From NCBI GenBank assembly GCA_000320545.1, contig ADNK01000825.1:67031-131030 (forward strand): 64,000 nucleotides of DNA, read 5' to 3'. Positions 38,406-51,974 of the stretch are shown one piece after another. The notes beneath the pieces are model-generated. The model saw only the letters and a list, made by a program, of their open reading frames with translations, was not told the origin of the DNA and did not search any database. The DNA is from Bigelowiella natans CCMP2755 (taxonomy: Eukaryota; Protista; Cercozoa). Each line of letters begins with the position of its first letter. The stretch's first letter is position 1. A program made the translations under genes and the position numbers.

Positions 38406-41092
38406 TCTTTAAAATATAATATCTCTATTGTTATCGGTATTATTCTACTGATATTGTTTTATGGGTGGGATATTCAAGTAAGCAAAACCTCTTGGGTGGA
38501 GCTTTCCTGTGCCCCTCCAAAATCTTTGCTCGAATCCTTCGCTGTTGTTCTCTTCTGGGCTTGGCTGGCAGGGGTTGGTATCCTTGCTGCAGCTGCTGCA
38601 GATCCAGCTGAGGCGTATCTCCTATACTTTGGCATAATGAATGACCCATCGTTGTTTTTGTTCCCCCCCTCCCTGTCTGGTAGATTTTCTTCCATGCGCT
38701 GTTGTATTAATTGCTCATTATAGAGTCGATAGTCAAACGAGTCGACACCAGGAACTGGTCGTTCTGGCGGTTCTTCAGTGTCATCATCTCCGCTATTCAC
38801 TCCTCGATGATCTAGTGCCTGGCTATTCCTTGTTTGGGTTGGATACGCTATGTAAGGTGGAAAATACTTTAGGCAGAAACTCTACTCATCGCCAGCTCTA
38901 ATTTGCGGAGAAAGAAGCATCATTCATTGGTACAGACGCAATTCATTTCTGGGCGCTAGTCTATTTGATGTATCATATGTAAAGAAGATGATAAAGACCA
39001 TGGCTTTTTGGAAATGAGAAAACTACACACATACATACATGCATGCATACATACATACATACATTCTGCCTCGTTGTCTTCGACGTCCTCGTTGCCGTCC
39101 CTCGCCTACGTCCAACAAGTATCATTATAAATGGTAATCTCCAAAACAACTTTTAAGGAAGGATTATTAGAGATCTTTCATTCGTTTGTTATCGAAGGAA
39201 AGATAATCTGCCAGTACCACATCTCTGAGTCCATCCTCATCCTTCCATCCTTCTCTCACAACCTTTCTACTTTCGCTTAATGATGATTTTGGCCTCTGAG
39301 GTATTGGGGGAGATGGCAGCTCATCGGCTTCTTCTGCTCTTGCAGCATCAGCTGCAGTCGGTTTCTTTGCGGAGGAAGGCTTTTTGATGATATATCGCTC
39401 TCTTCGTGGTGCAACCTCATTATGGATTAGTCTTGTGCCCCGTGTAAACGCTTAAAAGATGTGAGAAATGGAAAGAGACCAGCATAACACAGCACAACAC
39501 AGCACAACACAGCACACACACAGAGAGACACACATAGCGTGAAGATATGGGAGGAGAGCAATAGTTAGAGAACTATAGGATGGGAAGAAAGCAAATAATT
39601 AAGCATTACGTCTGATTGGAGCTAGTTCGTCGCGTTCTGACATTCCTCTACAAAAGTGGTGAGGTATTAAAAAGGCATCCATCTATGTCTGATGAGGCAC
39701 AACCTTTCAAATGCGATTCCATTTCTTCCAGCGTCATTCTTTCGTTGATAGTTCCCTATTTCGCCCCTGGAGTCATAAGTAACATTATACTTAGATTACG
39801 CCTTCAGTACGCAGAGGATATGGAGTATCAACCTTCTCGGATCGAATTTGCTCCCACGCCCTTGAAAACCTGAGGAGAGAGAGTCAAAAACTACTGTGCG
39901 ACTGAGGAAGATGTGGTGATTATTACTGCGCCTTTCCCGTGTAAACTCCAACGCTGGGTCCTGCTTCGGTCTGCCTGCTCCACCAAAATTATTATTCCTC
40001 CCCCTCCTTCCCCTCCCCCTTGCTCCAAACTGGCCTCCTCCCCTTTCGTTGTTCCGCTCCTCCCAAAAAGCATTTCTTCCTGCCAACATTACACTTCCTT
40101 AGATGTGCCCACGGCGAACCAGTGCGTGGTTTATGGTGTTTTTGTTGATGGAGACGATGACAGTAGTGACGATGATGAGAACGATGGCGATGGTGATAAA
40201 ATTTCTAGGAGCAGAGATTAGAATACCTTCACGGATTGCTTTCTTCGCATCTTCCTCTGAAAGCAGCTTTGGATTCCACGCGGTTCCTTCACCGCCCTCC
40301 ATGTCCTCAATTCTAGTATGTGTGTTTTAACGTTAGGATAGGACTTTCACCATCCCTTCCTCCCCCTCTCATCCCTGCAGTACGATAAAATATTCTTGTA
40401 TATTATGACAGTGCATGTATGAAAACGACATACTGTTGTTGTTTCAGCTCCTTATCTCTCTTCTTTTGCTCCTTCTTTGCCGCTTTGGATCGTTTTTTGT
40501 CTTTCTCTCGCTTCATCTGTTAAAAACGGAATCATGCATATAGGAAAATATGCCAGGTTCTTAGGATAACTAAAATTTCTTACCTTGGCCTGTAGCTCCT
40601 CGATTGTGATTGTTTTTCCAGATTTTTTTTCAGAACTCTTCTTTTTTTCGTCTGCATCTGAGGACATCTCAGCCACCAGCTCTTTCGGCAGTTTGATGGT
40701 GGTCCGTGATAGTAAGGGCAATGCACCTCCCTCTTCTTCTTCGTTGTCGTCTCTATCTGATTCATATATGATGTTGGAGCGGCGGTCACCCTGTCATAGT
40801 CACAACAGGACAAATTAAGAAATGGTACTTCCTTCAACAGAAAAGTGTTGCAGACCATCATATACTCAGGTTTTCTTCGCTGAATAGGGCCATCATCTTC
40901 CTCCTCGTCGTCTTCATCGTCATCCTCGTCACTGTCGTTTTCTTCCTTTCCGCTATACTTTCCAGCTTGAGAAGTGCCCTCCTCGCCGAGGTCAAACCTG
41001 CCCAACTGAGCTTCGATCCCGCGTCCACTTTCACATTCACTGCGAAAATCGTCATCCGATCTTGGCGGTGGCTTGGCAGCTGGGCGAGGCAT
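37573..41092 (-). CDS. Multi-exon low-complexity protein (acidic N-terminus, Lys-rich coil, RGG/RG-rich middle, poly-Pro C-terminus), probably RNA-associated
   Basis: ORFs 40580-41155, 40452-40721, 39796-40089 (GGGQFGARGRGRRGR), 38474-38800 and 37573-38247 (ends in poly-Pro then F*) lie on one strand with GT-AG boundaries. Met at 41092. Confidence 0.7.
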
Positions 41093-41644
41093 TGAGAGAG
41101 GTTGTGTGTCGATAAGCTCTTTTGATATGGAAGGGAAAGCTGACAATACCACCACACGAATGCTCAGAGCTGAATTCCAACAGTTGCGTACAAATTATGC
41201 AGATGAGCAATTATTTACAGGCGACCTATGTACACAGTTGAAACCACAAGAACCATGAGGATATATCGAGCGCGGATGGGACGAGGGGGGGTCCGCTGCC
41301 ATGGCCGCAGCGGTCGGATCGTCGGCGGAGCCATAGCCGCTGTGCGGCGCCGTCGCTTTCTGTTGCGAGTTTTCAAAAACAAAAAAAATATCCGAACGGC
41401 AACAGAATCTATGTCGCAGATAAAAAATGAAGGCGAATACGCACCATTTTCAAGTTCTATCTATTGCCGAAATTCAAGCCAAGATCATCATAATTATTCT
41501 GCAGGCAAGCAACTAGAAGACAGGAAGAGTACAATCTGGAGATGGGTAGCTAAAAATGTGTACTACTTTTTTTTGTTTTTATGATATATGCCGCTTAATA
41601 TTCTTCCTGAATGTCATTTTGACAGATCCTGCCAACATCAAAGC

Positions 41645-42532
41645 ATGCTGTGCATGCTACCAGGGGGGGTGGCGCTGTTGGCATTGCCAAATGCCCCCCC
41701 ACATCCCCTCTACTCAGTCGGGTACTTTATAGCTCAAATTAAGTTCGATCCCTCTTAAAACCCTCACTCTCACACGCGCCCTTTAGCTTCACTATGATCT
41801 TTTCTTGCTCGTTGAATTACTAGGTCGTCTTCCCCACATCCATGCCATATTTCGCTGTGTGGGGCGAAGCCAGGGTTTACAAGGCGAGCTCTTTGGGTGC
41901 CATGGGCTGGAGGGAGTAAAGCGAAGAGGAAGTCTATCCTGAGAAATAGACAGAAGCGCATCGAAAAGTGGAAGAGGAAGGGTAAGGAGAGGAGGCAGTC
42001 GAACGTGACGGTTCTCACTGGCAACATTCATCGAGATCTACTTGTAAGGTTCGTGCCTACGCGATTCCTGTATACTATTTTCCAAAGTTTATCGATACAT
42101 CTTGAATATGATCACCTTTAGTCTCCTAACCATTCTTCTTTCAGGGACAGATATCAGTGCCAATATTGCGGAGCGCGCGGCGTCCATTTAACAATTGACC
42201 ACGTAATCTCCAAAGCCAGAGGTAATATATTTCTACTCGATACAAGAGATGAGTACTATACATTTTTGACTCATACCTCTGTCGTCTCAGGAGGGACAAC
42301 TAGTATGAATAATCTAGTCGTAGCGTGCAGACGATGCAACCAGCTAAAGGCTGCCATGTCAATAAAAGAAGCTGCAGAAAGGCATAAAACAAAGACGGAG
42401 AACATAAAGCGAACAACCCCATCAAATTATAATCCGGTATCGCAAATAGACAATGAGAAGGAGGATGTGAGTCATCGCTTTCGTAATCCCATTGGCGGTG
42501 AGCATGTTTTGAACAAGACCAGAGAACGATGA
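41645..42532 (+). CDS. HNH endonuclease (zinc-binding McrA-like HNH), 4 exons
   Basis: Exons 41645-41721, 41824-42048, 42145-42221 and 42291-42532 splice in frame to LLVRDRYQCQYCGARGVHLTIDHVISKARGGTTSMNNLVVACRRCNQLK. Exon 1 is the least certain. Confidence 0.9.
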
Positions 42533-43338
42533 TATCTGTGCGACGAATGCATAGGCAAATATGTCTTCAACTTCCACGTGCTGAATTCAAGAAAAATGCT
42601 AGAATGGCGCGCAGTGACATTTCGGCCCTATGTGATCGCATGAATGGACACTCCTCTCATCGCTTGCATGTCACATGAAATATGAAAGCATACGTACCAG
42701 CTGTCTACGCACAGCATCGCACATGCTGCACGCATGACAACAAACAGAGTACAAGATTGCGATGCATGTGCAGCGACAATATGGTCATCAACAGCTTCAA
42801 CTCAGGGCGATATACTGCTGAAATCGTCACACCACAAGCTGTTCCCATCGATCATGTGCGTATTGTTGTATCGTCGTTGCTACAACAGTGCAGCGATGCT
42901 GTCAGTATCGTCGCCGCAGCATAGCGAGCTAGCAAAGCACACACATGCTGGCAGGAGCTCCTGTCATTACTAGTACTATTATATCCGAGCGTAACATATT
43001 GCTAATAATATACATAATATCTGGCTAGCTGGCCCAAAAAGTTGCAAGAAAGACCGAACACATGGACATAAATGCCAGACTAAGAGGGCTAAATATTGAA
43101 TAATGCGTCATATATCAATTGCCATTTTTTCTACTAATTTTGTAAATGTAACGCTGACTTCATTTCTTGAGAGAGCTGTTTTACAGTACTAAGCGCTTGG
43201 AATCGAAAACCGCTTTGTAATAAGACACTCGAAGAACATGAATGAATGGGACTTGATCATAACGACGACTCCGTGATTCTATGAAGTCGTCAATTAACCG
43301 CGGTGATAAGATAATAGGAAGCCTGTGCCGAGCAAATA

Positions 43339-43761
43339 CTATTTCAATTTATCATCCCAATTTTTCCGCCCAGTATCGGGGTCAAACCTATCATCACGAA
43401 TGAGAAACGATTAGCCCTTCCGACACAATTATTCTCATTCTTCATCCTACTCACTTCGGAATCTTCTCGCCAGTGTTAGGATTGAATTTGGTGCCGAATG
43501 GGAACACCTCCTTTTCAGGAGCAGTAGTCTGATGAGGCAACAAGTAGCACGTAGAAATAGTAGCCGTAGTAGTAGAGATACACGCACCGATGCAGTTACC
43601 CGACAATATTGTTGACGACGATATACATCGAGGAAGAAAAATGAGCGATTTCATTACCTCCACAGCAGGCTCTGATAATGATGCGCGTTTGGGCTTAGGG
43701 GCTGCACGCCTGAGACCAGAGTGAGAAGGGCATTTTTACATGCACACGCATCAATGATTGG

Positions 43762-43805
<44 letters not shown>

Positions 43806-44033
43806 CCTTGGCCGCGTATTCATAGCTGGTGACTTTTTTGCTTCGTAATCTGTTGGCTCGATGCAGGAGCATGGTACCCATCTGTCAAAAGAAAACATTG
43901 ATCGAATCTTGGGGGAGCGGAGATCGAGGGGGCGAAAAGAGGAAATGAAGGAAACAATCCGCAATACGCAAGTGATATATGTGCTGGATAATTCTTTCTA
44001 TGTGTGTGTTGAGTAATATTAAGTGAAAATAAA

Positions 44034-44075
<42 letters not shown>

Positions 44076-44391
44076 ATTTAGGTCTGAGGGGTGTGTACCC
44101 CTCCTTTTCTCCATTTTTGCAATATGCCCATCCACTCTCTTTGATTTCAGAGACTTCAACCACCTTCAATTAACAATATTTTAAGTTCAGTAAAGTATGG
44201 AACGACTTCAAATTTGAGAAAATAGTATCTCACACTTCACACTAATATTTTGACGTTTATACAATCGACAAATAGTGTACGGCTTCACTGCGACCACATG
44301 TTAGAATTTTAATTACCTGTCCCTTCTGCACTTTTAATTCTCTCGTCGAGTCTTCAATTTGAACGACCCCTCGTACCCGTGCTTTGAACAT
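43339..44391 (-). CDS. Small SH3-domain protein, 6 exons
   Basis: Spliced MFKARVRGVVQIEDSTRELKVQKGQ|VVEVSEIKESGWAYCKNGEKEG|WVPCSCIEP is an SH3 domain. C-terminus KFNPNTGEKIPK|FDPDTGRKNWDDKLK*. Confidence 0.8.
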
Positions 44392-45199
44392 GATATCTCC
44401 AGAATAGCAATCTTTGAACAAAGTACATACCGTATTATCACTAAACATTACAATGAAAAGACGACGTCAGGAAGAGACTCACAATAACGGAGAAAAATGA
44501 AGAAAATTTATAGCCAAAATCCTGTGGATATTTTCTCCCCTAAATTAACTTTGCTAGCCCCTCCCCCGCCGTGGCTAAATTCAAGGATTTTGCTTTTTGG
44601 GGTTGGCTCCTGACAGCGTGTTGCTGCTGCTATGGCTGCAACTGCAACGACCATGTAGTCGTTCCCTACCCCCAACAATTAAAATCGTAGTAGGAGAAAA
44701 GGGAAAGCAAGCGGGGCACAACTCCAGCATAAATAGGGAAGATAGTCCTTCCGAACCGTGCACTTTCCTCTTCTTTTGCCCTGTCCCCCCCCCGTTTCTC
44801 ATGCGACAAAACTCGTGAGATCGCATTTCAAAAAACACGCCCCCGAAAAAACTCTGCAGCAGGGAGGCGGGTTGAAGGGGGATGCATGGAAAAAAAAGCC
44901 CGAAATTCGTACACGCCTCCCTCTCTCCAGACTGCTGGCTTGGGAGAGAGATATGTCAGCCTGCGGGTGCCCCAGTTTGCAGCTACCGGTAAAATATCGT
45001 CAAAATCCCTTGTGTTTCACACCTGCGACATGGAACACAAGGCGCTTTTTTCTAATTTTTGCAAGGAGCTTGTCGTTCTCCTCGACGCTCACCTGCCGAC
45101 TGCAGAGTCGAGCTCTCTGGATCATCACTTGCCTCCTCCACCCCTAGAGCATAAATCTGAACTCTACGAAGGGTCATCGAACCTCGCGCTCTGTAGAGA

Positions 45200-46210
45200 A
45201 TGATCGTCAGAACTGCTGGGTGACCTCCTCTCCTTTCTGCTTTGCATGCTTTTGGCGGTGATACCAACCCCCTGAAACACGTATTTCTTTGCGATTTATG
45301 TTCTCGTCGCCTGGCCGCAGATTCCTCGTCGCAGCGCATGTGCTGAAGCGACTGGTCTGCAGGAAGCTGAGTGCAGAAGCTACTATCACTCCAGCGAAAC
45401 CGCTCACAGTATTTGTCAGAGTCCCGTACGCGCAGGAAGGTTCCCAAAACCTGAGGTCAGATACATTGACAACTTTCATTGTTGGCGTAGCCTCCTAAGT
45501 CCCCCCCCCCCCCCCCCTCGCTATTTCTTAGCGTGCTTAGAAAAAGTCTTGCGTCATCAGTGAAGCTTTATGTGGGGGACATGGAGGCAAAGATTGATCC
45601 GCCGGCTGACACGGACGTTTACGTTGCGAAAGAGTGCGTTCCAAGATTTTCCTTACTTTTTGCAGGAATTGTAGTGTCATCTTGGACCCCTAAGAGGGGT
45701 TTTGGTCGCTCTCTTTGCTTCTCATTTCTCTTACCCTTCGTATTTTCTTCGTGTGTGTCGTGGCACAGCCCGCTAGAGAAGGATTTGAAGATAATGAAGC
45801 CCAAGTGCCGCCTCATCGTCGTCCCTTACGCTGGTGTTTAATAGTTTTGCCCTTCCAGCAGAATTTTTACAAAATCTAAGTTTTTAATACATTTGAAAGG
45901 GATTCTGAAAGTAACCCAAGAGAAACTTCAAAAAACGGTCGGGAGAGATTTAAACATTCAGTCACACACGCAAGAATGCATGCACGCACGGCATGTGGAT
46001 GAACTTCTCTCATATATGGACACACAAACGAAATCAGGGGCTACTGGTAGGGAACTTGCACCACAATGCTGGCGCAACCGCAGAGATGGCTCTGTCGCTA
46101 CTGTTGGTATGATATGATGTCTGTTTTTCTGATCTTAAAACCGTCATGTTTGACAAGAAAGCTCCTTAGCGCTGAAAGGACCTGTTTCTCATAGGGGAAG
46201 TGCATGACCT

Positions 46211-46253
<43 letters not shown>

Positions 46254-46500
46254 AGGGGTCTGTTGCATAGCCTCCTCTTTGTCATCCTTATCATCATCAC
46301 CCTAATCTGTTATCACAATAATCAGGCTTGCGCAAAGCATGTAATTCGAGCAGATCAACTGATGAGGAAGAACGACTGGTAATGGTGGTGGTGGTGGCGG
46401 CGATGTTTACATTGTACGTGGTTTATTTCATGTGGGTCATGAGAAGAAGGAATAACTGTGTAACATGAATGAACTGCGCTGCTTATTAACATCACCTTTC

Positions 46501-46535
<35 letters not shown>

Positions 46536-46926
46536 GTCCTTAGGTCTGCAAGGGGCCTGCCAATCAACCCGGAGACGGGTAAGATAGACAGCATTGAGCA
46601 GGTTATGATGAGGGGGGAGGGAGTGGGGGGGAGGGGGGGGCAGACAGATGCCAAATCTGTAATTGTAAAAAAAAATAAAACTACGTAGAATCAAGCAAGA
46701 AATCTTGATAAAAACAAATATTTGGCAATTCAATTTGGGATGAGCTACCTCCTCAGCATACGATTCAAATGAGCACTAGTCCCATCATCATCATCATCAG
46801 CAAACAAGTAGGAGTGGGGGGGTAATAAGAGAACACCGATATGACGACAATTCTGCTATCTATCTGAAACTTCACCAGGCCCAATTTGAAGGAAAGAAGA
46901 TGGTGGTGGTAGGCTATGGCCAACTA

Positions 46927-46978
<52 letters not shown>

Positions 46979-48723
46979 AGAAGAAGAAGGAGAAGAGGAG
47001 TGATGATGCCTTGACTTCAGAAATGTAGTGTGTGAATGTTCCTAGTTTTACATTTTCTTATGTTTCGCCGTCTAGTTCTGACTCTCCTTCTCTCCCCCCC
47101 TCTTTGGTTTTATTCGTACAGGTAAGAGGGTGGCAAGGATGGGTGTCGGACTGGGCATGCAGGTGGTGTTGGCGATATGATGGTGGTGATGATGATGATG
47201 ATGATGATGATAATGATGATGCAGATTCATGGTGAGACTTGATGTCTTCTTAAGGTGACAGCGCTTCGAGGTTCCTTGGGAAAAGGGGCTGGGTACACTG
47301 ATGAAATAGGCGTGAGGGTGAGTCAGCAGCATACAAAGCAGCAGCAGCAGTAGCAGTATAATCATCATCATCATTATCATCATCATCACCATAAGCACCT
47401 GACAGAAACAGAAGCGTGTTGTGAGCCGTTGCAGTGATGATGATGCTGCTGCTAGTGATGATGGTGATGATGATGATTGTACGGTTGTTATGATCTTAGG
47501 TGCGGCCTAGCTGTGATCTGGTCGAATGCTTGAAAGATGTTAGAGCTCTCGTATTGTGCTGCCCGGGTATATAGCATTCTAGGACTGAAAACTCCTACTT
47601 GGCTCTCATGCCATCATCATCGTCATCGTCATCGTCATCATCATTATCATCATCATCATCATCATCATCGTCGTCATCCACATAATCATTACTGCTGCCA
47701 TCATTGTTCCCAACTTATTCTTTCATCTCACTTATATCTTCAGGCACAAGCGATACAATCGGAATGATAGGTCAGTGGAAGATGCGTGAAGGCCATCTCG
47801 CGCTGTTTTCAGATACCATGTGTATGTACATCCCATCTGACGATTTGGAGATGTTTCTAAGGTGCACGCGAGCTCGAACTAATGCCAGAAAGCGCCATTC
47901 TCGTTAACGTTGGGAGAGGTATCGAATAATTCTACAAACCCACCACTAGCGTGATCGATACACACCGACAAAATAAAAGTAGTACGGAGCATTGAGGAAG
48001 AAACTTGAAGAATCTATTTACAGAGAGAGTGCTATCTTTGTATTGATTATTCTCCCATTCTCCGCCTTTCTTTCACGCATTTCTCTTTCCTGCTCTCCAG
48101 GACCAGTTGTCGACGAAGAGGCCCTGTACAACGCACTCAAGAATAGGTCGATATTTGCAGCCGGTATTGATACGTGGTACAACTATCCGAAGGACTTTAA
48201 GGTATCGATCTTAAGCAAAGGACACCACAAACACTATGTTGTTGTTGCTGCTGCTGTTGTTGTTATTGATGAACTTTTCGCCTTATATCACACGCTCATA
48301 TCAGTCTCGAAGTTCGACGGCCCCTAGCAAGTTTCCCTTCAGCGAGTTGAACAACGTCATTATGTCGCCGCACCGAGGAGGTTGTTATTCCGTTGCTATT
48401 TACTCTTCCTTGTACTTTCTAGTCCATCGGGGTGGACGATGTAGATGACGAGCCTGGTGAAAATACCGATTAATTTTGTCTTTCGCCACGCACCCAAGAG
48501 ATTCTCGGTATCCTCAGTGCCGTCACAGATTTTGCTGAAAGGATGATAAACAGACCCGCACACGTTTACACGCATGTTCGATTTCAATCATGTCAACTCT
48601 GCAGGTGGAATTGGTTGTGCCGAGGTGGAGGAACTTCGAATGATGCATCTTGCTGACGGCTTGAACAAGGTTGCTGGAGGACGGGATTGGCCACATCTCT
48701 TCAGCTTGAAGGCAGGGTATTAA
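45200..48723 (+). CDS. D-isomer-specific 2-hydroxyacid dehydrogenase (NAD-binding) with a probable mitochondrial presequence
   Basis: Exons give HHNAGATAEMALSLLL, GKKMVVVGYGQLG, LVLCCP, AILVNVGRG|PVVDEEALYNALK, AAGIDTWY, NVIMSPHRGG and ...KAGY*. N-terminus MIVRTAGFLVAAHVLKRLVCRKLSAEA. Confidence 0.9.
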
Positions 48724-49455
48724 AACAAAGCGTGGTGATGATTCCATGGCATGTCGCGAGAAGCATCGATTGTGAGCATTGGTATAAGAGTCGGGAGAGG
48801 TTGTGCTTCGCATGAATAATTACAAGACCACAAATTTACATCAATAAGATTGTTGTATTGTCCACACAATGAACCTTCCTTAGCTATGAGCATTTCTCCA
48901 CGTGCATTAGAGCTATCATTGCGAAGATATGCGATGCCTATATACAGCGCAGTGCCGTGCGACTAATGTTGTGAGCTTTGTGTACCAGCATGTGCTTTAT
49001 CGCAAAGAGCAATCGTGCATGCTGCACTAAAATAATATGGATTTTAAGCTGGCGTATGTGCAGCCGCTGTAGAAATGGCTCTGTTGACAGCTCAGTAGCA
49101 ACTGGCGAATACAGAGCATTGGTGCGACTACACGAAACTAGCTGTATGATAAGCTTGGTCTATTTCATTGTTCATCCCCGCCCCTGCTGTGTGCAGGCAG
49201 CGCAATGGATCATACCTTTTCTTTTTTCAAATACAAAGAGGTAGTAGGTTGATCGCAGTAACGTCATGGCAAAACACGCAGTAGCAGCAGCAGCAGCAGC
49301 AGCCACCTTGCAGTTGAGGACCGACAACATCTACAATTATATAGCGAATGTATGTAGAGATCCTGATGCTCTATCTGGACTACAGTTTGTGTTACTACCA
49401 TAACCAATGCCACGTACATCTGCACACACCAATCAATTTGGACAACCATTCCTAG

Positions 49456-51795
49456 CTATAACTTGCTGGATAAAGTAACATCTCGAGCTGCCGGTAACGA
49501 TGGTGACGGTCTGGAAGAACTTAGACACTTACTTGGAGGGGTACTCACTCTTATGACGACTTTCCCGAAACGGCTCTTGTCACTTGCCATGTAAGAGAAT
49601 GCCTACGTGGAAATGAAATAGTGTAGTAAGCTTTTGGGCTCGTAAAAGCTTCGCATGATTCTCGGTAAGAAGTCTACTGGGAGATAGCTGCAGGGGGGGG
49701 GAGGGGGGTCGTATTGTGCGATTACTACTATCACTACTGCTGTTTCTAATACTTCTTTGGAGTGAGCAAGATCGAACACTTTACCCACAACGGGCCTAAT
49801 CCGATGGGTTTCCATGGTCTATAATGGCACAGAGGGCGGAGGGGGGGGGGAGAAGAGAGTTTGCTATTAAGAAACAGCAACGACGAAGATCTGTCGGTCG
49901 TCAGACAATGCACAGGCTGCAAAAAAATATGTCATCATCATCTTCATCATCGTGGTGATTGTTGCCTTGAGCATATCTTCGAATCCTTGTTTGTGGCCTA
50001 CCACGAGTCCCTGGATGCGAATAGCTGATGGTGGTGAGAGCATCGTGTGAGGAGGAGGAGGAGGAGGAGGAGATCTTTTACCACTAGGAATCATGCAAAA
50101 AAAACAAGTATTCGGACATAAATGACTGCTCGACTTCGAAAACAGTAGAGTTTGAGATCTTTTTCCCGCTGCTACTGCTGCTGCTGCTACTACTACCACC
50201 TTTGTAGAAGATTTTGTCTAGTCTCTTTATTTCACCTGAATTGGAATAATGCTTTGCTACTACTGCTACCACTGCTACTACAACACCATTTGATGTACCT
50301 CCCCTTCCTCCTAGGTTTCCTACCATCATGATCTTCCCTATCAGTATAGCAACAACATATATAACATCGGCCAGCATCAACGCATTGGAAGTGAAGCTGC
50401 GCTGTGACAAGCATGATGACCCGTATTCTGCTGCTGTGTTTGGCAGTGGTTCTATCTCTCGAAGATGTTTTTGAAGATAGAGGGGCAGGATGGAGAACGA
50501 ATCAATGATGACAACAACAATAATGATGGTGGTGGTGGTGATGATGGTGATTATAATGGTGATCTTTGGCCTTTGATTCGGATGAGGACGGGCTCATCTG
50601 TGCTCGATGTTCTCGTAGGTTTTGGTGTTGCATGGCTTTCCTAACGATACCTCCAATCCTTACTGCATCTATAGCATTTGACAGGGTAGCAGCTGCACGT
50701 CGGAAAAAGGGGAGGACGAGGATAGTGAACGAGGGGGAGATAAATTGATACTCATGCAGCTGCTACTGATGATGATAATGACAATGTACTAATGGAAACC
50801 ACCACTCTTCTTTCTACTACCGTTACACTCCCACACCACTTCCAGTTGCTACGTCATTATCATCATCATGGTCGTCGTCATCATGGAAGAAAGGCCCAAC
50901 CTCCGCCAACATCCACCACAGTATCGACCCCTCCTTCTGCCTTTCTTCCGTTGGTGCTGCTATCATCTCGTAGCTTGCAGCTGATCTCATATGCCTAACA
51001 ACGGACAGCCATGAATGATGAGATGGTGGCTTTGCGAGGTGGGTCGCTGCTGCTGAATTGAGAGTATTCTGGAATGATATCTCCTCACCCTTTGGCATTT
51101 CGATTGGCTTTTCTATAACATGATTGTTCCTCCTCCTCCTCCTCCCCCTCCTCCTCCTCCGCCACTACCATCTCATCTTCACATGGCTAACCATGACAAT
51201 ATCAATAAAAGCCCTACCTTCTTTCCCCACGCCTTCGTGTTTGAGTAGTTTATGCACACGTCAGCCCCTAGATGACGATAGCAGTGATACATTTTGATCG
51301 GGGAGCAACCGATGGATGCATGACCGTGCGAATCACCTCCAGCAGCCGCATCTTCTTATCGTTGAATGCAATCAATGCCACCACCACCACTACTACAACT
51401 ACTGCTACTGCTATTACTACTACTACTACTACTACAACTACTGCTACGGTGACCACCACCTAATTTGCGCACAAGTTCGAGCTTGGAATTGCTTTGTTCC
51501 CGAGTAGTGGGAGGAGGGTTTTGCACCAACAACGACGATGATGACAACACAACAATTCTATTATCAGCAACTGAGAACAACACGGATTCGCTGCGCGGCA
51601 TTGATGGAACATCTTCTTCTTCTTCTTCTTCTTCTTCTTCTTCGTACATGTACCAAGAAGAATGGCTGACTGACTACCTGCTGGACGTGCATATCACCTT
51701 CAGCCCTAGAGCCTTGGCAAATTGGAGTGAAAATACACTCACCCCCCTGACGATGACGACGACGACGACGACGATGATGATGATGATGATGACGC

Positions 51796-51829
<34 letters not shown>

Positions 51830-51937
51830 GATACAGGCTGTACTAACAGACGGTATGCATGCAGAAATTCGATTTATGCAGTATTATTTTAATGTACACA
51901 CATGAAAACATTATCATACGGTTACATACGCCCCAGG

Positions 51938-51974
<37 letters not shown>

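Noticed and set aside
41645-42532. IscB/Cas9/Fanzor-type RNA-guided nuclease
   Set aside because: Only an HNH domain is present. No RuvC motifs, PLMP domain, transposon ends or evident structured RNA are visible, and the protein is only about 200 aa.
44581-45203. ORFs upstream of the 2-hydroxyacid dehydrogenase
   Set aside because: No domain similarity. A convincing presequence-bearing start exists at 45200, so this is probably promoter or 5' UTR.
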